A DNA stretch of 64,000 nucleotides from Camelus dromedarius (taxonomy: Eukaryota), in the NCBI RefSeq assembly GCF_036321535.1, contig NC_087436.1:96536001-96600000 (forward strand). Direction: 5' to 3'. Position 1 is the first letter of the stretch. Each line of letters opens with the position of its first letter. The notes beneath the pieces are model-generated. The model was not told the origin of the DNA. It saw only the letters and a list, made by a program, of their open reading frames with translations, and made no database searches. Both the position numbers and the translations under genes were made by a program. Positions 52,901 to 64,000 of this stretch are shown here, piece after piece.

Positions 52901-55900
52901 CTATAAATAATGGTACATGTAATATACCATGATACTATAAACAATGATACTATAATAGAATCTGTATTGTACACTTAAAATACACTGCTTTTCTTTTAAT
53001 AGTTCTGTGGGATACAGGGTCCATTCTTCTTCTAGGCTTTAATATTCTTATCTGTATAAAATTAAAAAGGGTATTGGGAGTTTATCTTCTACTTTTTGTA
53101 AAATCGTCAGTGCACTGTAAGACCATAGTGGACACTAGACAGTATTATTGACTGTCTGGCTCAAAGACATCATTAAAGCCATACTAATAACAATAATTTC
53201 TGTGTTTCTAATTTCCAAATATTTTTGAAGGTGTGGATGGAGTCAGGGGAGAGACAGTTAGCTATACATGATAAAAAATTTATCACAGAGCTACCCACTC
53301 CACCAAAAGAGAAAAGAATTATGTTAACTGTTTTAGTTCTCAGTAGAAGCAGATCATCTCAGGTCAGCAGTTCAAGTATATTTGCGCAGATCTTTACTTA
53401 GCGGTTAAGAAAGTAAGAGTTGGGGAACATAATATTTCTATCTTATTTGCTTTGTCAAATATAGTTACCTTCTCACAAATTAATTTAATAATCAATATCT
53501 TTTCTAGCTAGATAATAAATTTTAGTGAAAAAAATGGCCTGATTTTAGTGGCATTGATAAAATTAATAGGCACAGATGAGTAAAAGCAAATTTTTAGCAT
53601 GGTTTTTTAATTTAAATTTTGTAAGAATATGGAATCCCAGATCAAGACCCTGTATTATTTATGTTTATGACTGTATGCTTAATTTTTACAGAAGAGTTTA
53701 TGACTTTCATAATAGTTAACACTATTGATCCAGTCTAAGGTACTACATGTGATTCTTTTATTATATCGAATGGCATCTGGACTTCACTTTCTGAGTCATT
53801 CTTAACCATGTCACTGGTGCGCTCTTCATGTATAACCAATGTCCAGAATTTATGCTGGAGACTTTACATAGTTCTGAGATGATGGGCAAGGACTTCAGTG
53901 GCAGAACTTGGTGACAGACTTCCTCTCAGAGAGAGAAGGAGATTAAAAATAAGAAAAGACATTAAGAAATATAGATGAGAGAAAGACAAAGGGCAATATA
54001 CAGCTATTCTGATTTCCAGAAACACAGAAAAAGGCTGTTTTAGAGGAAATATTTAAGAAAGTTATAGTTTCCATAAAAATTTTATCACCTCTTAAAGCAG
54101 TAACTAGATCTATCCAGTAATGGAAATAATCAGTATCAAGCATCATTCTTATTACTTCTAGATCAGCCTACAGCTGATGTACACCTTTTGTGAATACAAT
54201 GCTGGTTCCTCTACTGTTGGAACCAGTTGACTTAAAGACGTGCAAGGAAACAGCTAATTTGGCTAAGTTTATATCTCTCTAAATTGACTCCATTGGACAG
54301 GCAACAATGTTCTTTTTAATAACAAGTGAAAGTGAGAAATTGCTCCAAATGCCAATTTAATGGTTTTTGACAGTGAACAGTTTACCCGGAGGAAGGGACA
54401 GAAAGATGTTTTTCCCTCCTTATCTTTTCACAGTGTAATACAGTTAAGTAGGCACTGAACAGATGTTGCTCAGTCTGATCTCTTGTTAGGTCCAGAGGCA
54501 AAAAGAAGGAAAACAATGGAAGAATTAGGGTGAGAACCTAGGAAGAGAGGTTAAAAAGCATGGCTAGAGCATGCTGTAGGCAAAATTAAGACAGAAGATG
54601 TTAGGGGAACTTGGAAACACTGTAGTGCACATTATTGTGGACTAACCACCAACCATCCACAGTGTCCAGTGTTCAAGGAAAAATCACCTGTATCTCACTA
54701 CTAAGACACACCTGTATTTGAACATCACCTTCTACAAAATGTTGCCTTTCCCATCCCTCCAGGCAGCAATTCTGCCAGTATGATTTCAGATGGGACAAAT
54801 GGAATTGCTAGCTAGATCTGCAATGTCAGCTCAGCTATGCAGTTCAAGTACACTTCTGAAGGGACTCTTTTAAGGGTGAAGAAAAAATTAAGGTGAGTGG
54901 ATGCATGTTGTTGTTGTGTCCTCATTAAAAAAAAGGAGTAGGTTGCAAAATACAAGAATTTTTTAGGAAAATCTGAGTCAGCACACAATGTGAAGTAAGA
55001 AGAATTTAATGCCCCATTGTGAAATCTAAACAAAAGCAAACAAAGATAGATGGCAAAACCTGAAAAAAAAAATTGGAACTAGGATATGATCTGTTTCTTC
55101 ATAGTTATAGATCACAAAGGGTTCCCCAAATTTTCCAAGAAACTATTGTGGGACCAGACACTTGGAGTTCTATGAAAGGTTTTGAGAAAGCAAATGTGGT
55201 TGATGTTTTAATCATTCATGTCTGGCTTTTAGTAGTTACGGTAATAAAGCATAAATATGATGATATCCCCTTCCTTCAAAATAGGCTGCATTCTAATTGT
55301 CCATTGGTGGCTTGAGAGAAAATTGTAGTTGAAGGTAAAGGCAGGGTTTAATTCATGCCTTTATTTAATACACATTTATTGAGAACCTGTTTTGTGCCAA
55401 GCACTGTGCTGCATCAGACTTATAAGGACAACTGAGCATTGTCCTACTCTGAAGGAATTCACGTAGTTGAAGAAGTTGGCTCATTAATGGGTGACCATTA
55501 CATGATGTGGCGAATGAAATGTAAGGCATTAGCACAATGGATTTAGTTGAGTCTGAGGAAGTAAAACCAGAGCTGTGACTAAAGAATAAGTAGCAAGTAT
55601 CCAGGCTACAGAGAGTAATGGCAGCAGGAGGGAGGACCTTTCAGCTGTTTGACCTCTAAAGGTCCTTTCTGGCTCTGCACTTCTAAGCACATCAATATAA
55701 TTAATTCATTTCACTATTCCCCAGAGTCGTACTATTTAATAGGAAAAGTGGGAAAAAATTAAAAACAATCAATTACAGCTAGAGAATTCAAAACCTAAAT
55801 TAGCAAAAGACTATTAATAGATGTATGCCTCATTTAGATAACTTCTTTGGAGAATAAGATATACCGTACAAGTGAAATTTCCAGCTAAACGAACACTGCC

Positions 55901-56289
55901 TCTTGAAACATCAACATTTTGAACATTTAAACATATTTATTATGGTATATTTTTAAAATGTATAGCTTGGTTTCTTGCCTGCTTAAGCGGAAGGTAATGG
56001 AAGGCATTTTTAGCATTTATAGATGACCCAGGATAATAATTATGAAACCTTGTCAATTTCCTTGTCCACATACAGCTTTGACCCTTTTCTCAATAGCAGA
56101 CTCTCATCTGTCACTACTTTTGTTGGGTTAGCAGCCTTTAAAAGCCCTCTCAACAGCCTTTCCTGTTTGCCACTTCTGATCTTCTGTGAGGCTGCAATAC
56201 TGGGTAAACCATTAATTTCAAGTTTTAAATTTTTGGTGTTATGGAAAAAGGTCTAACATTGGAGGGATGAACAAGGAACTTCTCTCTGT

Positions 56290-56920
56290 TGTTTACCGTC
56301 CACTTCTTCAATAGAATCTATCCCCATATCAGAAGTTCTACCTTCTAAATCTCAAGTCAAGCCCATCTTTCCAGATCTACTACTGTCACCTTAGCCAGGT
56401 CCACTCTCATTTCTGTGGATTATTACAAATCCTTCACAACTGATTTCTCTACCTTCTGTCCTCCCCATCTCCTACCACCCTCACACCTGTAGCCAAACTG
56501 ATATTCTTAAAATGCAAACCTAATAGAATCACTTCCACCGATACAGTCCTTGATGAACCAATATCTTTAGGATAAAGATAAGATTCTTTTATTTGTCACA
56601 TAAAGCTCCTCGTGATCTGGCTTTCATGATCACTTGGGGATGTTTGCATATCCTGCAGCTGCTTTCTGGAACACTCTCTTCCATTTTCTTCATTTGGATA
56701 ACTTCATTTGGCTAATCTTTGAAACTCATCTTTACTGTCTCTTGCTCTAAAAAGTCTTCCCTAATTCTGCCTATTTCCCCATTTAGATTTGACACCTCTT
56801 CTCTATATTCTTTGATTTTATCACCATAACAATTTCCATACTGTACAGAAATTCAATGTTTAACTGCCAGATTGACCCACAAAATTCTAACACTTTGATG
56901 CAGAAATCCTGTATTTGTAA
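56290..56920 (+). mobile_element. L2 fragment
   Basis: TTCTACCTTCTAAATCTC...TGGATTATTACAAAT...CTTAAAATGCAAACC...TTTAGGATAAAG. Confidence 0.65.
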
Positions 56921-57595
56921 TACTTAGGTTTAGTTTTCACTCTGTGTGATAGGGAAACACTTCCAATAAAAGTAGCCTTAAAAAGGTAGAAATGGATTTA
57001 TTTTCATAGAAAGAACGTGTGGAGGTTAGGAAGTCTAAGGGCTATATGACATATTTTCCATTGGCAAATTCCTTCCATCTTCTCATTTTACTCTTTTTTT
57101 CTTGGGTTGGTAAACTAGTGTCAATGTATTGGCAATCTGTTTTGTAAATAAAGTTTTAGTGGAGCACATCCATTCTTTTAGGCACTGTTTATGGCTGCTT
57201 CTTAGTTATAATGGCACAGCTGAATAGCTTTGAAAGAGACCTCCTGGCCCATGAAGCCTAATGCTATAAATCAGCTTCCTCCTTTAGCATCTTAGAGAAT
57301 GTTTTAATGGCCTCAATGCCACTCCCTAACTCCAGCCACTTCTTTACTATAATTGATATCAGGGAGAAAGAAATGGAAAAATATATAGCTCCTCCCTTTT
57401 AGAATATTGCTTATTAGTTTTACACCACATCTCTCTTACATCTCACTGGCCAGAATTCTGTAACATGGTCATCCCAAGCAGCCAGGGAGTCTTGGAAATG
57501 TAGTCTTTTCTATGGATAGCAATGTGCTCAACAAAATGTTAGGAGGAAGGGCTGGAAGGATACTGTAGTTAGTTAGCAACTACAGTCTCTGCTAA
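56921..57595. mobile_element. MLT1J-like LTR with a nested MER58-like hAT element (~57104-57270)
   Basis: MLT1: CTTACATCTCACTGGCCAGAA...GGAAATGTAGTCTTT...CAGTCTCTGCTA. MER58: TTTTGTAAATAAAGTTTTAGTGGAGCAC...TATGGCTGCTT...TGGCCCATGAAGCCTAA. Confidence 0.7.
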
Positions 57596-59225
57596 AATCT
57601 CATTAAACATTTTCTCCCCAGCATCAAGCACCTAGTGGGCTCTCAATAAACTTGTGGTAAATAGAATTGTATGTAAAGTGCTTAGTGATGAATATTATTC
57701 CAGTGTTCAAGCCAGTTACGTATCCTATCTACAGAGAGTCAAAATTGTCATAAGGCTGACCTCTGGATAAATGTGTTTTGTCAGCCCTGAAAAAGAGCCT
57801 TAGCAACTCCATTTTGCCTTTCTTTTGTGTACATTATATTTGCTAATGATTTAATTTATTTACACTTGTATATTGCAGCCCATAGCCTGTAATTTAGTGC
57901 ACAAAATTTAATGTAATTACTTATTTGCTTCAAAGAAAAAGCTCTCTTCCTTTCTACTTTAAGTAAATAATGTGGGTTGAATTTAGCAGAGATAATGTTT
58001 CTGGGTTAGGCATGCAGGAGTGAGAGGAAGGACTAATTAACAATTGTTTTCTTCAATCAGTAGTGGAACAAAAATACTGAAGAAGAGTAAGATGTTTCAC
58101 TGTTGTAGTTTCTGCAGTTTCCAAAGTGCTTAGTGCTCCTATGATGCTTTTCCATAGATGCCTACTTAAGGTGGCTTTGGACTTACACTCAAGCAGTGTG
58201 GTGGTCAGCAAATCACCTGTCACAGACGGAACATAAAACCATGGATGGTGAGCAAGGACTGTGGTCCCACAGAGATCTCTCAACCTCCTATTTTCATTTC
58301 CCCTTTATGTGGGTCCACAGTCTGGGTCAGTAGTGGCTGGACTGAAAAGAGATGCTGGTATGATTTTTGTCTAAGGCTCCTCTAACTCCATAAGCTCTCA
58401 TTGCCCATGGGCAATGACTCAGCCATGGTTTCACCACCTGTTTCAACTTTTGGATACAATTTTTCATGTAATTATTCCCTAGTTCAAGGGAGCATTTTGC
58501 AATGATTGGAGAGGAGAGTTATGCTCTTTTCTTCACATTACTTCATGAGTGCAATAAAGGCCATGCTAGTCAAAAAAACAGTTGAACAAAAGGGTGGGTA
58601 GTGCCGGGCTGGATAATCTAGTTTGGCTGTGGATAGAATACAGTCTGCCAATTCATTCTTTCCTTGCTCTAAATATACTGCATTGAAATTTTCTTTTCCA
58701 CATTTGTAGCTTTTAATTAGCTTTGAAATAATTCTGTGGTTCAGTTTAAAGTCTGCCTTCTCCCTTCAGAGGTTCCTTTGGGACTGGTTGTTCATTTAAA
58801 AACATTTTTTTTTCCATTTTTTATAGTTCTGTGCACTGGACCACGGAGGGGCAGCAGATGTTGCTTGAATTTTCCTACCCACGCATCCAAATGTGAATAA
58901 TCTTGGCACTCCTGGCAAACTTCTACCTGATACAGCATTACTCTTCTAGCATTGACAGGCTTAATCCTACAAAATGTTTAACAAGAACACATTCAAATAA
59001 TAACACTTAATGATAAAATGTATTTCATGTAGTTGAAGGAGCTCTCAACTTGGAACTGGGTAATCCTTGGTCTGCTAGTAAGCTGTGTGGACCCTGGGAA
59101 AATTTCTTTTTAGGCCTTAATTTTCTTTCATGTAAACTCAGGATAATACTATTCACATCATAAGATTGTTCTTGACACATATACTCAACAACTAACTTTC
59201 ATAATTGATTAGAACATATGAAATT

Positions 59226-59940
59226 GTAATGAATGTGACTTTTGGACACCACCTAAGGTTGGGGGCTGGTTGCCAGTGGAGCCAACTATGTGATTAGAAG
59301 GTTAGAACTTTCAGGTCCATTCCCCTGACCTCAAAGGAGGGGACAGGGGCTGGAGATGGAATTCAGTCACCAGTGGCCAGTGATTTAATCATTTAGTCAT
59401 GCCTACTTAATAAAGCCTCCATAAAAACACAAAACGATGGGGTTCAGAGAGCTCCCGTGTTGGTGAACCCTAAGAGATTTGGAGAATGGTCTACTTGGGG
59501 AGGGCATGGAAGTTCCAAACCTTTCTCCCGTATCTTTCCCTGTGCATCTCTTCCATAGGGCTGTCCCTGAGTTATAGTCTTTTATAATACATGAAAAATC
59601 TAGTTAGGAAAAACATTTCTGAGTTTTGTGAGCCACTCTGGCAAATTAATCAAACCTGAGTAAAGGGTCAATGGAATCTCCAATCCTATAGCCATTCAGT
59701 CAGAAACATAGGTGACAGACAACTTGGGTTTGTGACTGGTGTCTGAAGTGTGTGTGAGTATGTGTGGGGGGCAATCTTGTAAGACTGAGCCTTTAACCTG
59801 TGGGCTCTGACACTATCTCCGGATAGATAGTGTCAGAACTGAGTTGAATTGTAGGACACTAAGCTGATGTTGGAGAATTGCTTGGATGTGGGGGAAATCC
59901 CTCTCACCCTCATACATCCTAATTAGGTCCAGAACCCCTC
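59226..59940 (+). mobile_element. MER21-like LTR
   Basis: GGGGCTGGTTGCCAG...GTGATTAGAAGGTTAGAACTTTCAG...GGCCAGTGATTTAATC...GCCTCCATAAAA...TTGTGAGCCACTCTGGCAAATT...AGATAGTGTCAGAACTGAGTTGAATTGTAGGACAC. Confidence 0.85.
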
Positions 59941-61719
59941 AGATATTAACAGCTTTCTCTCCTCCACACCTCCTTCAATTTTGACTTCTGAGACTGTAGC
60001 CTTTTATCCTCTTAATGATACTCTAACTTCTTTATTTTCTTCAAATAATCCTTTAACATAGATTATTTCTTATATTCTATCTATCTACCTACCTACCTAC
60101 CTACCCTACCCTTAATATAATAATTGATCATCTCCCTTTTGAAAATTTATACATTTCCTAGATGCTCTCTAATAGGTGTTGTGGGCAAAAGAAAGATAAA
60201 TAAATAATGGGTACTGATGCTGCTAGTAATGATACTTATCATGTGCCAGGAATTTATATGTGTTATTTCATTTAATTCTCCTAACATCCATTTAAAGAAG
60301 TACTGAACTTCTTTTTTTTTTTTCCAGTCTACTGAACGTTTCTTAGGTGAGCTATCTTTATTCCTAATTTTTTTTATATTGCATGGAACCTCAGAAAGAG
60401 AAATCTAAATTTTTCTAATGTAGACCACTAACCACCCCTCCTGTTCCAGCTGCATATGAATCTTACCTTCAGAGTTACCAGGTGCATTCAATTCCTGAGC
60501 TTTCCGAGGCGTTGCAGCGTAAATCAACTTCCTTCTGGGTAACACGTGCTACCAGCTGAGCTTTGAGCTTCCTGAAGCGTGGGAAGTTGATAACCACGTG
60601 CCTGTCCACTGTTCCACTTCCAGAATTGTGTTGCTATCATCTCCTCTTCTACACTCTCTGTTCTCGTGGTAAAATCTCGTATAAATACGTGTGTCCGTTC
60701 AATCCATCAATGTTATCCAGTTCTGCTAACTTCTAATGGAAAATATTTGAACAAAGGAATCAATTTTTAATGTTGAAATTATGAGCATCTTGGCAATGAT
60801 AATGGGGGAATTTGGGGACTAAGGATCTTCTTGGAGTTCATCAAACTCTGCTGTATCAATGCGGAAATAAAAGCACCCTGTTATTGATGAACTTCAGATT
60901 CCCGTGAGATTTGAGGTTTATAAATTGCCTCTACTTCCATGTTAAGATCTTTTTTAAGTTCAGTATTACTTAAGTATTTGCTCAAGACCAATGAGTGAGT
61001 AGTGGAGGTAAGCTCAAAATCTAAGTCTGAGTTTTCCAACAAGAAAAAGTTCAGTCAACCACTTCACAATACTGCCCTTACTCTCTCCTATGCATTGTGG
61101 AGTGTCTTATATTTCAGTGATTTGAATGATTTCTATATGTACCTTCTATCTTGATCTTTTCTAATAGACCTTTTGCTATTCTGTATTTTCCCTTCAGACT
61201 CTTGTGTAGTTTATCCTTAGCCAACTTTAATCAATAAAGACAATTTCAACTTTTATAATTTTTTTCCCGAATTCTCTTTTTCTGACATAATTCTCCAGCA
61301 CTGGACATTTCCACTGTAAAAACAGAATCAAGGTATTTTAAAGTTTTTCATTATACTTTTATGCCCCATTTAAATTTTCTAACTTTTAAACTTTGTTTTT
61401 TCTCCATTTTTGTGAGATTTCTAGGCCTTTGGCATTATCTCTACCATTGCATGCTTTGATCGATTACTTGCTTGTATCTTAACTTCAGTCTTACGACTTT
61501 CATTGAAATAGCTTGTGCTGCGACATTTAGAAATATCTTTCATGTGCTGCTTTGAATATATCACATAATATGTCTCGATTTCCAATTGTTCTCAAAGCTT
61601 TCTGCTGTATTTCCTTAATTTTCCTATTTTAGTATTTGGATCTCAGATGTGGAGTTGAACTCATCACATCCTTCAAGTTCATGGTGCATTATCATTGGTC
61701 TATGCTTCTTTCTAGTTTT

Positions 61720-64000
61720 ACTTGCTATTTTTTCTTTTCATTTTACTTTCTCTCATTTCCTCCACATCATAGAAATTCACTCTAATTGTATACTAGATGT
61801 TTTCATATATCTAGGTATCCTTAAATAAATGTATGAAATGTTCTTTTGTGGATTTGTGTGTTTTAATTTACGTAAATGTACTGTGTTACAGTTCTTATTG
61901 TCTTACAATCTTAAAACTTGCCATTATCTGATTTCCTAATGTTTGCCCAATTAAAGGATATACAGGGCTATTTCACTGTTGTTTTAATTTGCATTATTCT
62001 TAATACTAGAAAATTTAGGCATCTCTATATTATTTGTTAGTTTTCTGGCATTCGCCTTCTATGAATTGCCTGTAATTGTAACTTTTGCCTATTTTTCTAC
62101 CAAATTTTCTGGTTTTTCATCTTTACTTTTGGGAATTGCTTATGTAATTGATGTAACTTACTTTTGTCAGTTTTAGTTGTAGCACTTATTTTATATTTGA
62201 TTTTCAGAAAAATTGAGCAAGTATTAGAGTGAATTCCCATATACCCCTCCCTGCATACAGTTTCCCCATTATTAACATCTTACATTATCGTGGTATATTT
62301 GTTACAATTAATGAATCACTATTGATACGCTGTTATTAACGAAAATCTATGGTCTTAAGGTTCACTCTGTATTGTAGTACAGTTCTACGGTTTTTGACAA
62401 ATGCATGTCATCTGATATTACAGCATCAAACATAGTATTTTTACTGCCTTAAAAGTCCTCCATACTTCATCTTTTCTTTTCTCTTCCCTGCCCAATGAAC
62501 CCCTGGCAATCACTGATCCTTTTACTATTTCTACAGTTTTGCATTTTCTAAAATGTCATATAGTTGGAACCACAAAATTTGTAGCTTTTTTCACTTAGCA
62601 ATATACATTTAATGTTACTTTATGTCTTTTTATGGCTTGATAGCCCATTTCTTTTTAGAACTGAATAAAATTCCATTTGTTTATCCATTTACTAGTAAGA
62701 AAGACATTTTCATTGTTTCCTGTTTTGAGCGGTTATAAAGTTGCTAGAAATGTTTGTATGCAAGTTTTTGTGTGTACATAAATTTTCAACTCAGTTGTGA
62801 AAACACCTACAAGTGTGATTGCCAGATCAAATGGTAAGACTATGTCTAACTTTGTAACACATACCAAACCATCTTTCAAAGTGGCTGTAAAATTTTGCAT
62901 TCCCACCAGCAATGAGTGAGATTTCCTGTTGCTCTACATCTTCATCAACATTTGGTATTGTCAATTTTTTAGGTTGTAACCATTCTCATAGGTGGGTAAT
63001 GTTACGTTATTGTTTTAATTTGCAATTCCCTAATGACATATAATGTTGATTATCTTTTCATATGCTTATTTACCATTTATATATCTTTGGTGAGGTACCT
63101 ATTCAGAATTTTGACCATTTTCTTGTTAGGGTTTTTGTTTTCTTATTGCTGGGTTTTAAGAGTTCTTTGTGTATTTTGAATACAAGTTCTTTATGAGTTT
63201 TACAAGTATTTTCTTCAAACATGTGGCTTGTCTTTTCATTTACTTTATAGTATTTTTCACAGAGCAGACATTTTTAATTTTATGAAGTCCAACTTATTAT
63301 TTTTTCTTTCATGAATAATACTTTTGATGTTCCAAAGTCATCACCAAAATCAAGGTCATCTAGATTTTCTCTTATGTTATCTTCTAGAAAGTTTGTAGTT
63401 CCGCATTTTACATTTAGATCCATGATGCATTGAATTAATTTTTGTGAAACATCTAAAGTCTGTTTGTAGCTTTTTTTTGCATATAGATATGTAATTATTT
63501 CAGCACCTTTCATTGAAAAAGATGATTCTATCCTTACCAAAATGTTTTTGCTCCTTTGTCAAGGATCATTTGTCTATGTTTGTGTGGGTCTATATCTGGG
63601 CTCTCTATTCTATTTTATTGTAATCCCAATCAAAACTCCAGCATCAGTCCTCTGACTTTGTTCTGCAGTATTGTGTTGCCTATTCTTGGTCTTTTACTTT
63701 TCCATATAAACTTTGGAATCACTCTGTTGACATTCCATCAAATCTATAGGTCAAATGGGGAAAAACTGACATCTTAATAATATAAAGTCTTCCTATCCAT
63801 AAACAGGGATCTCCCCATTATTTAGATCTTTAAAAATTTCTCTCATTAGAGTTTTGTAGCTTTCTTCACATATTCTGTATATATTTTATTATATTTATGC
63901 CTAAGATTTAGACCTATTTCACTTTTTGGTCCTAATGTAAATGGTGGTGTATATTTAACATCAAATTTCAATTGTTCATTGATGGTATGTCGGAAAGTAA
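61720..64000 (-). mobile_element. L1MC-like element (from ~62195) adjacent to or nested in an older L1ME-like fragment; runs off the window
   Basis: TTTGTTACAATTAATGAATCAC...AAGGTTCACTCT...CCCTGGCAATCACTGATC; ORF 63280-63540 (IMDLNVK...FLEDNIRENLDDL) resembles ORF2. Confidence 0.85.

Noticed and set aside
56049..56191. Possible minus-strand exon with an open frame (SQKIRSGKQERLLRGLLKAANPTKVVTDESLLLRKGSKLYVDKEIDK)
   Set aside because: Weak donor (AAG|GTTTCA), poor pyrimidine tract and an unrecognised peptide; not supportable without a search.
58838..58858. CTCF-like motif CCACGGAGGGGCAGC
   Set aside because: It mismatches the core AG positions of the CTCF consensus.
1..64000. Remaining 60-140 aa ORFs in the track; CRISPR, tRNA/rRNA or prokaryote-type systems
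   Set aside because: Short ORFs fall in repeats or random AT-rich DNA with no recognisable domains. I saw no spaced repeat arrays or structural RNA genes, and the sequence is clearly mammalian.

Overview
AT-rich mammalian genomic DNA, probably camelid (inferred from the L1 3' UTR style; not verified by search), made up largely of interspersed repeats. I cannot identify a host protein-coding gene, so the window is probably intronic or intergenic. The main feature is a young, full-length (~7.1 kb) LINE-1 on the + strand (26003-33105). It has a CpG-rich 5' UTR, ORF1, a long ~400-bp inter-ORF spacer, ORF2 (EN/RT/CCHC), a 3' UTR and target-site duplications, and it splits an older MLT1 (MaLR) LTR. 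Its ORFs have four small frameshifts and no other visible in-frame stops. The rest is older L1, HAL1, L2, MIR, CR1, hAT and ERV/MaLR LTR fragments, plus one young-looking solo LTR (37354-37921). Repeat family names come from my recall of consensus sequences, and boundaries of old repeats are approximate. No clearly novel biological system is demonstrable. The most interesting testable idea is in the L1 spacer: a splice donor overlapping the ORF1 AUG, a strong acceptor in the spacer, and a 75-codon spacer ORF whose stop overlaps the ORF2 start region.
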